64,000 bases of DNA from Syncephalis fuscata S228 (taxonomy: Eukaryota; Fungi; Zoopagomycota): contig JAHLTZ010000035.1 of the NCBI GenBank assembly GCA_025786725.1, forward strand, positions 186,001-250,000. The letters are read 5' to 3'. Position 1 is the first letter of the stretch, and each line of letters opens with the position of its first letter. Below, piece by piece: positions 1-12,625 of this stretch. Below the pieces are notes generated by a model. It had not been told where the DNA came from and did not search any database. It saw only the letters and a program-made list of their open reading frames with translations. The position numbers and the translations under genes are program-made.

Positions 1-75
1 GTATGCAATAATATTTGTGTTTTATATATTGTATTTATATTCAACTTTATGTATCTAATCATCGCCTATCTTTTA

Positions 76-1299
76 TTAAGCCAAAAACCGTCTGTTAAGA
101 AGAGTCGATCCAAATAGATTGTAGGCTGCGACTGTGGATGCTCCATCGCTATTGCTGCTTAATAATAAAGCTGAAACTCGCAAAAGCATATCCAATCGTT
201 TGGTAACTGAGCTTTTTTGCGGCTCAGTCATTGTTCCTCCGTATTTTTTAAGTCGAGATTCAATAGCTTTTGTAATAAATACGTTCAATCCTTGGCCAGC
301 TATGGCATTTACGTTCATAAAGCCGCTTTGAGACAAATCGTTAATTGTTGTGGAAATTTCTTCATTGTCAAGGTGACCGGATCCGACTACAAGAAGATTA
401 TTAGGAATTCCGGGATTTATAAACTTCATAGCGTTTATTTTTTGGCTTTCAGCTTGATTTAAGAAAACTGCCATGTCGTAGTCGATTATTGTTGCCGTCA
501 GTTTTTGTGTATTTGGAATTTGAGAAACCATAACATCTATTCAATCAATTAGCATACTGTGATTTGACAGCCAATTCACTTACTTTCACTGTGTAGATCT
601 TTATGCACGATACCAGCTTTGTGTAAATAAATGGCACCTATTGGTAGATGGTCAGTATTGATGATTTATAATGTTGCATGCTTACCCTTAAGTATTTCGG
701 GCACTATTTGAGTAAGCAGGTTAATTTTGTCAAAATAAGTTTTTCCTTCAAGAAACACATTTAGTTTAACGCCGGCAACAAAGTTATAAACAAAGCATTT
801 GATGCTGGCTTCAGGATTGAATGCGTATAATGGACGTTGTACATTTTCTCTGCCGACCGCATTTGAACCAATAAGCTCCTTTTCAGCTCGGCGTAAAGTC
901 TAGTATTTGTATTATTAGCTAATTATGCATAATAGCAATAATAATAATCTAGTCATACCTCAAATGCACCAAATTCGTTAACGCTTTCTCTAATACATTT
1001 CAAAAAACCATTGACGCCATTCCATTGAACTTTAGCAAAGCTTAGTTTTTCGTCTCCACTGAACCAGCTAATACCGGTTAGTCTATGTTGCGCAGCATTT
1101 GCGGGAATATTTAGATATAGGCGGCCCGCCGCATTTTCTTCTAAAGGATCTAATCATTTGGTTTAGCAATTAATATGACTGTATAGTGTAGTTGCAACTT
1201 ACCAGTTAAATCACCAAAAGCTGCACGGCTTGTTGATACGTTGGCAAGCACGACCATCAGCACAGCGGCGGCAATGTTAAATGAGCACAGTTTAACCAT
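76..1299 (-). CDS. Secreted (signal-peptide) protein kinase-like protein, 5 exons, 338 aa
   Basis: Hand-spliced exons 1299-1203, 1149-959, 899-686, 637-584 and 536-76. All introns are GT..AG with consistent phases; total 1017 nt. N-terminus MVKLCSFNIAAAVLMVVLANVSTSRA is signal-like. Kinase motifs: GFLKC (beta3 Lys), GAIYLHKAGIVHKDLHSENVMV (catalytic loop), IIDYDMA (DFG equivalent). TATAAATA upstream on the minus strand (~1431-1438). Confidence 0.8.
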
Positions 1300-2649
1300 T
1301 TTGAATCCAGCAATTGGTTGTTGTTGTTGTTGTTGTAAGCGTAAAAATGTAATAAGCGTATTATAGCTTATGTTAGAGTATTCAAAAAAGTTGTGAGTTG
1401 ATAGTGTCTCTAAGCATCTAAATTTGCCAGCTATTTATATTGTGTAAATTACATATTCAAGACTATCTGCTAGTATAGATGAGCAAAGAACCACGTCGTT
1501 AAACTAAGGACTGTTTAAAATTAACCGGTAATATTTGAAACGATGTTATGTGTTTATTTAGAATGTTCCTATAACTTGGTAAAATCTGTTGGCTACATTA
1601 AAATAAGGCCAATACTACGGCTGTTTGTTTTGAATAATTTGAAAGGCCCATGGTGATTAGCATCAAATACAAACTACAGCCAAAACGACATAAAACGTTA
1701 TCAAACTCTATCACTTTGATATGGCTAAAATGGTAGCTTATGCTGTGCCAAATAGAATAGCATAGCCAGTGACAGCCATCTAGCATTTTGCCGTGGTATT
1801 GCTATTGCAGAAACATTTATGCACATGTATCTTAAAATTACGCTGCATAATTGAATATTGGATACTGACAACTTGGCTAGTGATGTCTATTTCATTGCAA
1901 CGTAGCATTGAAACACTGTATAAGGAATTTAGCCATGCAGATTGTTACCAAAACAACAGGTTATATTTTGATTGATGCCTTTGGTATTCTATAAAATAAC
2001 TATGCCGGTACATACTATGATGCTTTAAGCCTAAGTTGTAAAGAAAATTTTAAATTGATAGTACCCCTGTTTTACTGTACATCGATAAATTCTACGTTTA
2101 CCTCGTGACGCACCGTATCTAATTAGGTTTACGGAGAAGCATCTTGTATTGCACATTTTAAAACTTCGGTTGAGCCAAGAGTCCCGGTATTGAATTTCTA
2201 GATAGAACATCAGCTACTTTGCAAAATTCAGCCACCTACAGTATAACCATTAAAATTATTGGCTAAAATTGTATGAATTCTTTACCAAATTGAAAGCAGT
2301 AAAATAGGCATTAAACACTTATTTTTGAAAAAAGAATACATATGAGTTTACAAAACTGATAACTATATATTTGGTTTATTTTAAGCTAATCAATTTAATT
2401 GAAATATAAGAACTATTGTACTTTGACTCCCTATCTTTAAACTAAGGACAAAAAAATCCACAACTTTAATAAACCGTCAATCAGTTTTTACTACTAAGAA
2501 GCGTTATTTGTTGAAGCAGTGGCATATCAATTCTGTTTAAATTAATCAAAGTATTAATTAATCTGCACTATTTTTAATATCGAAATAAATATTAAATAGC
2601 ATTCTATGTTACTCGAAATAAAATATAATGACTAGATAAATGTGGGTCC

Positions 2650-2750
2650 ATATTATTATTGTTGTACAGTATTTAAAGCATTATAATTTGATATTTAATG
2701 TCGCTCACCATCCAGTTCCATGTTTAGTAGAACAACAAATGTAGTTCAAT
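2650..2750 (-). repeat. Dispersed repeat family, copy A
   Basis: Reverse complement reads ctactaaacatggaactggatggtgagcgacattaaatatcaaattataatgc, matching the copies at ~8340, ~19720, ~25920 and ~41630. Boundaries approximate. Confidence 0.65.
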
Positions 2751-3539
2751 CAAGTAAAGGATGTCAATTTTGGTCTAACGTTGAATCACATGAGTCTACT
2801 AATAAATTATTAGATCGGAGCTATTCTATTTTGACTTTCATTTCTTTTATTTACTTATTTCGCCTTTTCTTTTCTTGATACTTTTAGACACAATTAAATA
2901 CTTATTTATTACTATAACATGTATAATATTGCATCTAATATTAATTAATTCATGTGTAATTATCAATACAATAATGTAATTAATTAGTTATTTTTATTAC
3001 TGCTTTAGTATATATATATTGTCATTTATTTAGTCAGATTGGTTATAGGAAAAGTGGCTGTTTAATAAATAACATTTATAATAACTATATTAATCCTGAT
3101 ATTACATCACAAATATGCGCAAATGCAATAGTAGAATATTAGAAAATAGAAGAAACCATTCAGATACAATAATCCATGTTGTACATAGATGCAACAACAA
3201 ATGCAGAATGACATAGAGTCGCATTCATATGGCTTCTATTAATATTCGATTAATTTTTCTACATATAGCCAACAACAACAATGATCGACCTCAAATGTTT
3301 CAATAAAATTAAATAGTATGTTACATTATTTATTTAAATGTTTAATATTGCTACTGATACAATTTTTGTTACATTTAATTATCTATGGAAAGGATAATAT
3401 TATCATATTAATATTTATTATGAATAATAATTTAAACACAAATCAATTATTTATATCATTACAATTGATTGCGTAAAAATATTTACTTTCCCAGGGGGAT
3501 TAAAGTAAATGTTCAATAAAAGCTGTTTATTACTAACTA

Positions 3540-6500
3540 TTAACGCTGGGCTGCTCGCACACTGCCGGCACCCATAAAGACACGAGCATTCTCTTGACCA
3601 GGCATCAAATAGGAAATATCATCCCATGGATGACGATATAGGCCTTGTTTAAGACGCTTTTGATCTAGGTAGTGGCCAATAAAGCCAATTGATCGACCTA
3701 GAACAAATAGACCATTGAGTGTACCAATACGTACATACTCATCGGCTTCCTCGCGTGTAAACGCACCGCAATGTCTAAGTATATCAACGAAAAGCACACC
3801 AATAGCACCGTCGACATTCAAAATAAGATTATCCTTCTTAGCAGTGGTAATTTGCTCAACAGCCAAAGCAAAGTCAAGAATAGGTGTGGCAGGGAAGTTA
3901 GCACGTGCAAAATCGCAAATAATCTTTACACGTAAATCTGGATTAGTGCGTGATTTAATCTTATGACCAATGCCTAGAATTAGTCGGTTCTGACGCCGCA
4001 TCGTATCGACAAATTGACGTGGTGTCATATTTTGATCGTAAGCACTTGAAAATTGATCAGCTGCACCGTCCAGTGCACCACCAAATCGATCGCCCTATTA
4101 GTACGATAAGTAATTAATATATAAATAACAGCGTTAACTTACAATAGTAAGTAGGCCAGCAACTAGCGACGATACTAAATCCTTGCCCGCACGTGCCGTA
4201 ACAATTGTGTTATGTGCACCAGATACAGCTGGACCGTGATCAGCCGTTAACATAAGTACCATCTCAATAAATCGGCAAGCATACGTTGGCAATAAGCGTT
4301 TAAACCACAGTAGACTAAGCACGCCGCCAATACCAATGTCTTGACGGAATACGTCGCTAATACGCATACCAGCGTATAGCAATTCTTCACCACGATCATC
4401 GCAAATGGTAGATACAAATGCGGCCGGTTTACGCACCAGTCCTAATTCCTGGGCCCAAGCATAGTCGATTGGAATCTTGGGTGGCTCTGGCTCCGGCTGT
4501 GGGATAATAACACTTTCGGCAATCAATCGTTGGTAAACAGTCGATAGAACAGTTGGCAAATCCTCAAATGTTGTTGGTACAATAACACCAGCTGATTTCA
4601 GTGCATTATTCTTTGCATCGGCCGTCTCTCTGTCAGAATTGGCCAAAGCACCTGCATGTCCAAATTGCACTTCAGTCTGGAACATCTTGGCACAAGTACC
4701 AATACACCATGCAATTACTGGTTTGGTGATTTGGCCAGAGCGTACTGCTTCAGCCACGCGGTACTCCTCATCACCACCTACTTCGCCCAGCAATAACATC
4801 ATTTTACATTTTGGATCTTGTTCATACCGAAGTAGATGATCAATAAAAGTCGATCCTGGGTATCTATCACCACCAATAGCCACGCCTTCGTAGACACCAT
4901 CGGTAGCTCTTGATAGAATATTATTCAACTCATTCGACATACCACCTGATTTGGAAACATAACCTACGGAGCCTGGCCGGTATAATTTTGATGCGACAAT
5001 ATTATCCATCATACCACCAGTATTACCAATCTTAAAGCAGCCTGGTTTAATGCCACCCACAGTTGCTGGGCCAATCATTAGCACACCTCGCTGCTGTGCT
5101 ACCGTTAATAGTTCGCGGGTATGTCGCTCAGGTACACCTTCAGCAATAATCGCCACAGATCGTACTTGTGGAAGGCCTTGCTCGTTATTGATCGCCAGTA
5201 TTTCAAGTGTACTTGCACGAACACTACGGCACGACGCAAAGTTGACGACAGTGTCGGCATCTGGATGCTTTTCAAACGCCTCCTTCACTGCCTTGTAAAC
5301 AGGAATGAGTGTTTCTTGAGTGCCCCAGTAGAACTTTTGCATATGACCAGATCCAAATGGATATACCATACAAGCAACTGATGGAATCGACCGATCACAA
5401 ATAAAATCAAAATCAAGCATGCCTTGTACAGCACGTGGCTGCATACCATATACAACAGCCCGAGTTGAAGAAGAGAAGGGCGAAATGGTCGATTCGGTAT
5501 TATCATCGGTAGCTGTTGTAGTGGCATTTGTCGCTGTTGCATTGGCATCGCCATCTTGCACGGAAAAATGAGCGATTTCCCTTGGTTGTTCACTTAGAAC
5601 TGAAGGATCAACAAAGGCTGGTGAACTTGCCCGTGGTGTCATGCTGTCCAATGGCGTGCCAGTTTGCGAATTGGCCGCAAGAAGATTGATTGGAGTCGGA
5701 CGTAGTAAAGGAGCTGATTGAGGCTTTAATGCCATTGGTACAATAGCCGTAATATGCGTCTCTGGTCCATAGACACGAATCTCAATACCTAGCTCTTTAC
5801 CTAGTTGACGCATTGCTCGTAATCCTTCTTGGTAGTTGGGGCCGGCTCTTCTAACGAATACGCGTACTTTGTGCGTAATCAATCGATGCTGATATTCGGT
5901 CAGCGCACGTACAATGCCTTTAAATGTACTGGCCACATTTGTGAAATTGGCAATACCGCCACCAATGAATAGAATTTTGCCTTCTTCGCGTTGTGTATCA
6001 TCTCGTGTCATCAGATCGAGCAGTGTTTTGGCGTAGTCGTATGTCTGCGTCTCTGAGGGCGCACCACTGTATTCACCATAGTTTGCTAGCTCATCGGCAA
6101 AGCCAAGAGCGGCGATAGCATCTGAATACACAACACTGGCGCCGCCACCGGCTACCATAGTCCAGATACGCCCTTTGCGATTAAGGACGGTTAGTTTAAG
6201 CGAAGCGCCTGTTTTGGCATCCAATTCGGCAATGTATGCTTCTTCGCGCGTTAATTCACGGCCAAATGGTGCAGGGAAAACCATGGGTGCACCATCATCA
6301 AGTGATACACCGGCTGTGGAGGTTGCCGGTAATAATGTATCTTTGCGTGCTGTGCTCCATTTGGGACCGGCTTCAAATTCGGCCGTTTGGTCAAGCTTTG
6401 CAGCCATATCAAGAAAATAGACACCCAATTCACCGCTGGACGGTGAAGTTGTCACAACGAGTGGATTGATTTCAAGATAGGCAAAGTGTAAATCGACATA

Positions 6501-7171
6501 GACAGCATAGGCACGCTCAATAAAGGCGACAAGAGCAGCTTTTGCCTTCTCTGATGCAATATCTTTTAGTAAATTTGTTTGGATTGTATCAGCTTCAGGC
6601 AATTTCTTTCCAACAGGAATATCGAGTGTAAGTGCTTTTGCATCAACGTCGCCAACATCAACACCACCGGCGTGCGTAAATAGAATGCGATCGCCCTGGC
6701 GTGTCGACTGGATACAAATGTAGTGTTCTTCTTCGGAAGCATGAGGCACAAATGGCTCAACGATAAAGGTACGCAAGATACCGGTAACGCCATCGACCGT
6801 GACCGACTGGCCGGCTCGCTCCTCAATCCACGCTCGCACAGCCGACCACTCAGCGTTTAGCAGTAGAAGACCACCTTTACCGCGTCGTTTAATCAACTGG
6901 TCCGGCTTAGCTACAAGTCGTTCTGTACGTAGCCAAGCATAGCGGGATTCTAGGTCGTCGAGCTGCTGCTGAAGTACAGCTTCGTTGACTTGCAATATAT
7001 CTGGCTGGTCGGCCGACACTGAATCAATTCGACCTGAACCTGGGCCACACGTACCGGCGGCAACAAGTGGGCAGGACATGGAACAGCAGCCACAGCAGCC
7101 GACGGTGCCGTTAACAAATGATGAAAGAGCAGAAGCTTTCCGTCGAACTCGCGAATAGCTTTGGTAGACAT
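3540..7171 (-). CDS. ACL1: ATP-citrate lyase, single-chain (fused) form; one intron and one apparent frameshift
   Basis: N-terminus [12 protein letters not shown], then [40 protein letters not shown] (phospho-His), [13 protein letters not shown] and LYRHPWDDI. Intron 4142-4095 (gtaagt..ctaatag) joins LTI to GDRFGGALD. Frame changes near 7025. Confidence 0.95.
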
Positions 7172-8280
7172 TTCTGTTACTGTTGTTTAGTATAAGTTGG
7201 TTGGCTATAGAAGGTATATGAAATTTGAATAAAAACAGTAAAGCTTAAGTTTCAAAGCAACGAAGATAGTATTAGCGTTTGTCGGAGTAATGAGTACAGC
7301 TACACGGCAAAACGCTTAGTATCAGTAGCAGCAATAGAAGTAATAATAGCAATAGGTATAGTAGCAATAATATACGTGTGTACTAGTTGTGTGTGTGTGC
7401 GTGTGCGTGTGTTTATGTGCCTGTGAATATGTGTGTACTGCATGTGTTAGTGCAAGTCGATGTAGACATACGCAGATTGTCAAGGTTTATATGTCATGCA
7501 GCTCAGGTATACACGCGTCATATCTTTATCTCTATCCACAGCCATTGGGGCAGTATAGTTGGTCCAATAAGAGCTAAGGGATTTAATCGGATGATACGGC
7601 AACATAGTATCCCGATAAATTCGGTCTATTTTTTGCTCTTATCGCCAAACTATTACTGATGATCAGTCATCAGTATTAGATGCTACCAAATTAGTGCTAT
7701 CAAACTGATGTTAAATCTCGTTTATTTGTTGGATATTTGAAGCACGCTTATTATTTAATCTGTAGAAGGTAAAGCATGGACCACATGTACATGTAACTAT
7801 TTGTTCTGGCGAAAAGGTTGCACCATTTAGCAGTAACCGATGGCATAGTACAAGCTCATCCGTATGCACCAATCCCCAATAAGCATTACTGCGTCATTTA
7901 CTACGATGGAGCCATTGTACTTTGATCCACCTATTTTGAGTTCCCAAAGCAAATTTATTTTAATTAAAGTCGTGCCGTTATGCACAATATAATTATATTG
8001 CTTTTTATTAAAATATTATTAATAGATTGATTTAAATTAATAGCGTAACATACTCTTAATTTTTTTGAAACATTGAAGCTGATCATTGTTGTTGTTGTCG
8101 CTGGCTATGTGTAGAAAGATTGCTTGAATATTAACATACAGGGTTGTTGCGCTAACATATACATGGTATGTATCATTTCATTTTAACTTTTAATTTCAAT
8201 ACTTGTTAATTGAGTTAAATAAACTGCATTATGTATAAAATATTGTGTGTCATTTAGCATTATTATACAATTGAATTGAA

Positions 8281-8420
8281 TTTATTAACCATTTAGTATG
8301 ATTTGGTAATCAAATAACTATTTTAATACTATTTAATCTATTGAACATGATGATGGATGGTGAATGACATCAATTATCAAATTATAATGCATTGGATACT
8401 TTACAGCAACAATAATACGA
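8281..8420 (+). repeat. Dispersed repeat family, copy B
   Basis: tctattgaacatgatgatggatggtgaatgacatcaattatcaaattataatgc core shared with the other copies. Confidence 0.7.
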
Positions 8421-8594
8421 ATTAACATTTATTTATTATATTATATTATAAGTAACATGAAATACTATTTAATATCTATTTCGATGTTGAAAATAGTGCG
8501 GATTAATTAAGACTCTGATTAATTTAAACAGAGTTGATATGACGCTGCTTCAACAAATAACGGTTCTCAGTAGTAAAAACTGATCGACGGTTTA

Positions 8595-9976
8595 TTATTC
8601 GAGTAGAGTGCTAACGCCATAGTGATCTAATATAACATATTACGTTAATGCTTTAAATGAAAAATAAAAGAATTACCTGAAAGTTGAATTACTGGCAAAG
8701 CCTTTTTGCTTTGATCAACAAAAAAGTGCTCAACCTTGGTATTACTTGTTTTTAGTTGTTTGGCTGATGTGCTGTTATATTGGCCACGTTGGATTGATAA
8801 TATAAAGTCAAGACGCTGGCGAGAACTAAGAGAAGTTTTATCGGTAAGTTGGGTCTCCATTGGAACTGGCTTTCCTGAGGCATCAGATTCGACAGTGCCA
8901 TCTGGATATCGTTTCACATCGGCAAATGTTTCAGGGTGCATTTTTCTTGCTTGTAAGAGCAAATCATTGACGACGACTTTCTCAGTCGATGTATAGATTT
9001 GACCCGGCTGACTAATACCGATTGTTTTGGCATCAACGCCATCGCCGCGAATAATCGACATAGCTAAACCATACTCTTGGCTGCTTTCTCCTCTATCGGC
9101 GGCCTTGCTATCAAATGGCCTGCCATTAATATTAAGATCGCCGGCAAAAATAGTTGCATCGCTAGCAGTTTCATTGCGTAATTGCTCGTCCATAAAGCGA
9201 CGCATGTCGTAAAGTTGCTTCATACGTACTTTAACTGATGAATCAGTCATTGGGTAATCCATAGAATAGGATGCCTGTAAATGTGTCGTAAATATATGAA
9301 GATTCTTGCCACCAACATCGAGTTTGGCGTAAATAACACCTTTGGCTGCAAACCAATCACTATCGATACCACGATCAAATGTCAATACGGCACTGCGCAC
9401 AATGGGGAATCGACTTATTAATACAAGACCGCCATCAATACGTAGTCCAAATCCAGAGTGTCGTGGAGATGACACTGAATACGCATATCCATTAGTGTAA
9501 GCTGCCTTGATGAGCTCAGTACGTCTTTCGGAACCAAAGGCAAACATTTCTTGAAAAGCGATAATGTCAAACTGGCTTAGTTCGTTTTCAATAAAATAGG
9601 CAAGTCGTTCAGTTTTATAGTCGTTGCCATTGGAATTGATGCCAGGTGGTCGCATAAAGAAATTGTATTGAGCAAGGCGCACTTGGCCGGGATGGAATGG
9701 CGCAGTCGGGGCAAACGACGGCTCAGCCGTAATGTGCTTTGCCTGAGCATCTTCTGCTGGAGTAAAACCGCCAATGTGGCCAGAATCTGTCGGCCAAGTA
9801 ATATCTGGCTTGTTGGTCGATTTTGTCACTTGCTTATCCGCTTCGATGGGCGTGTAAGGAAAGTGTGGCACTGACGTGCTGACAATAAACGGTAGGACGG
9901 CAAGTAGGCCACATAGAATAAATATAGCTGACGGAAACAACCCGTAACGCTTGCTGCACCGTCGAACTAATGACAT
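8595..9976 (-). CDS. EEP (endonuclease/exonuclease/phosphatase) family protein, neutral sphingomyelinase / inositol phosphosphingolipid phospholipase C-like
   Basis: Motifs YNFFMRP, AFQEMF, TTHLQA, AGDLNIN and RLDFI. A last intron (gtaatt..ttag) supplies the terminal SDHYGV motif and the stop at 8595-8597. First ATG at 9976 is followed by a hydrophobic signal/anchor segment. Confidence 0.8.
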
Positions 9977-10329
9977 TGGAAAAGACGTAATAATGGTTAA
10001 ACAATAGAAAGCTGTAATGGCTAGACAACAGGCACGACAGTATGGCAAGTATGTAGAAATACTCGTAATTGGATGCAGGGAAACAGGTAAGGCCCGTGAT
10101 AACATTGGCTACTCGTCGCCTTTTTGTGCTATCTTGAGGTCAAGAGCACACTCTATATTTGTATTTACGTGTTACCATGGCACATTTCGCCTTGATATTG
10201 GATGCAATTAAATCAGGCATAGATTTCTTTAATGGTACATGGCTAATTTATTAATAACTGGTTGATTAAAAATTGTATTAGTGTGTTTATTACTAAGTGG
10301 CAGGCAACAGATTTATGACTAACTGCATC

Positions 10330-11088
10330 TTAGGCAGAGGCAACGGCGTGTACTGGTCGACGTTGAATATACTGCCAACGCTGGTCATGGTCACATCTTT
10401 CCATTATTGCACTCAAAAATGAGAAATTGTTGGCCATGGCAATATCGTCGTGATATGATCGTCCTGAACGCAAACAATCGTAATTGTTATTATCAGAGTC
10501 GTCGCTTTCGGCGGATATTAATTTGGATTCCCCATGGGTTTTATCGGTTGGCTGATAAAATCGAAACAGCTGTGAATGTATCGGCTCACCATCCGTACTA
10601 AATTCACATTCATCCGTCATAATTGTTCGCTCTTTACTGCGAAATGTTAAACATAGTCCATTTTGTAGATTGCGTATTTGCACATATGGTGAATCGGATA
10701 CATTTGATTCGTCTCGTTTTTTCAATATGTCGACTGAGTGGCCAATAATAGTAAGACTGTTAAGAGGAATAACACGCCATAAACTTCGTAGGTCATCGTC
10801 ACGACCACGATTTGAACATGTAGTAAAAACTACATTGCGATGAAAAACAGTTGGGAGAGATAAGCAAAAACCAGTATCCGCATTTAGTTTTAATAGCTCT
10901 GCTCCTTGTATATTTGGCTTTTGAAATCCTAATTTTGAAAGACTGCTAACTGCATTATTAATGTCTACAGGAAGTGCATTTGAATAGAAACTAAAAGCAT
11001 TGGCCAACAATACCAAAAATAGTAGCAGACAGGACTGCTGAAAAATGATTGAACGTTGTTTTGGCAGACATATACATCTATGGTCCAT
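10330..11088 (-). CDS. Secreted ricin-B-like (beta-trefoil) lectin-domain protein
   Basis: Hydrophobic signal region, then three repeats of CL..(C)..Q/xW: FCLSL..TTC..SLWR, IRNLQNGLCLT..DEC..SQLFRF, DCLRS..ERCDHDQRWQY. Confidence 0.65.
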   Translation of the reverse strand: MDHRCICLPKQRSIIFQQSCLLLFLVLLANAFSFYSNALPVDINNAVSSLSKLGFQKPNIQGAELLKLNADTGFCLSLPTVFHRNVVFTTCSNRGRDDDLRSLWRVIPLNSLTIIGHSVDILKKRDESNVSDSPYVQIRNLQNGLCLTFRSKERTIMTDECEFSTDGEPIHSQLFRFYQPTDKTHGESKLISAESDDSDNNNYDCLRSGRSYHDDIAMANNFSFLSAIMERCDHDQRWQYIQRRPVHAVASA

Positions 11089-11615
11089 GATTGCAATAAA
11101 TATATAGGACTGTTTTTAATGAAATAACGTATTTAATTATGAAAAGTGCAATTTATGAGCATCAAGATAACTTAAATAAATCACTGTATTCATGGAAACA
11201 CAACATCAACAACAGCGACCGTAAAAACAGCAGCATTTGGTTACGAGGGAGTGCACTTTAGCTTGCTAGTTCGTTTTAGTTACTATGTTTTATTAATGCA
11301 AAAACTACAAGAAACCGATAAAATGCCAAAATATATACGTGATATTTATCGTGTTCTATACTGCTTGGTTACATAATGTATCTGATAATACTATTATTGT
11401 TGTCATTAAGCACAGTAATTTCACGAATACATGCCTTGTATTACAGTAGATCGGTACTATACATAAGCGTTTTATTATTATATTTATACAAACACTAAAT
11501 CAAATAATAATAAAATTGCTGCTAAAATATAGAATCAGCGAGTATCTCTTGTAGCTAACATACTTGACATAAAGCCAGCATCGTGAGTTGACGACCGGTC
11601 CAACAAAGCTGTTGC

Positions 11616-12625
11616 TTACACAATAGAAACTGCTGAGAGCTGAAATGTACGTGAGGTACCTGAGTCATAAGCCTGTTGTTTAGTGCGACGCATATTCTGA
11701 CAGTGTTGGACCAGAATAGCCGATGTTATTAACCTGAATTTTTCGGATACGTTAGCAGTGATAGCCATCATAGTGTAATCCACGTGGGTGCACTGACACC
11801 TTAGCCGTTATCCACTTACCAGTCAGTAGGAAATGCCATTTCCGAAAAGGCCCCAAACATGTCAAATGCAACCATCAATCCGCAAAAAATATTGCACACC
11901 ATTACTAGTAACATGGTCTGTACGCCTTCACGTGCTAGCCTTCTCCAAGCTTTCGATCCGAACATTCGATACTGGCGATAAGCAACTCGACAAAAAATCA
12001 GGGAAAAAAATAGATTACTTGGCGCCACAATGGCCAGCCAGATCCAAGGATAAAAAGAAGGATAGTGGAAAGTACATCCACGGTTTGCCTCCACCGTGAC
12101 TGGACAAAATGACCATGTGATAAAGAAGATGGATAATTGCGGCAACATGAATAAAACACCTGTAAGCTTTACCCACCGCCTGTGGAACAGAGCAATGTAG
12201 GCTTTCTGCAGTATAATAGTGCTATTGCACATTGTAGAAATCGTCTGTCCAATAGCGAAATGCCATATAGCTATTCGGCAATTCGCTCCCGGAAGAAATA
12301 TGGCCCAAAATATGCAAGCTACCCAGCTAATGCCGGTAATTGACGATATCAGACAACACCAGCTGGAAACTGCGCGCGGTCGACCTCGCAACATTCGAAT
12401 AGATATGCTAAGGTTGTAGATAAATACACATAAAAAAATAATATCAAATCCGACCTGGCGATAAATACTAGACAGACGCCTGCGTAGTTCATCTCTATTT
12501 GATGCTTCCATGATAAATGTCATTACATCAACTTCTCCGCGTGGATGCAATGGGATGCCCCAAATACGAGTTGCATTTTTAAGCCACTCTGTTCCGAGGC
12601 TTTCGTTGTGATAATTAATTGGCAT
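11616..12625 (-). CDS. Orphan 7-transmembrane protein (GPCR-like), paralogue 1
   Basis: Seven hydrophobic segments. An intron splitting the Trp codon of DW (TG|gtaagt..ttcag|G) adds TM7 (WLITSAILV) and the stop at 11616. Clear similarity to 33284-34325. Confidence 0.75.

Noticed and set aside
3481-3510. Hairpin atttacttt..aaagtaaat just downstream of the ACL stop
   Set aside because: AT-rich stem in AT-rich DNA, and intrinsic terminators do not apply to Pol II genes.
7003-7052. 50-nt gtacgt..ccag intron that would repair the ACL frameshift
   Set aside because: It is GC-rich, lacks the CTAAY branch point seen in other introns, and would delete plausible conserved coding sequence. A 1-nt assembly deletion is simpler, though the intron is not excluded.
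7387-7659. Cys/Val-rich ORFs
   Set aside because: Translation of a (GT)n microsatellite in the ACL upstream region.
7654-7710. TGATGA...CTGA (C/D snoRNA-like boxes) and a 9-bp inverted repeat upstream of ACL
   Set aside because: Only about 50 nt between the boxes and no recognisable rRNA guide; compatible with chance.
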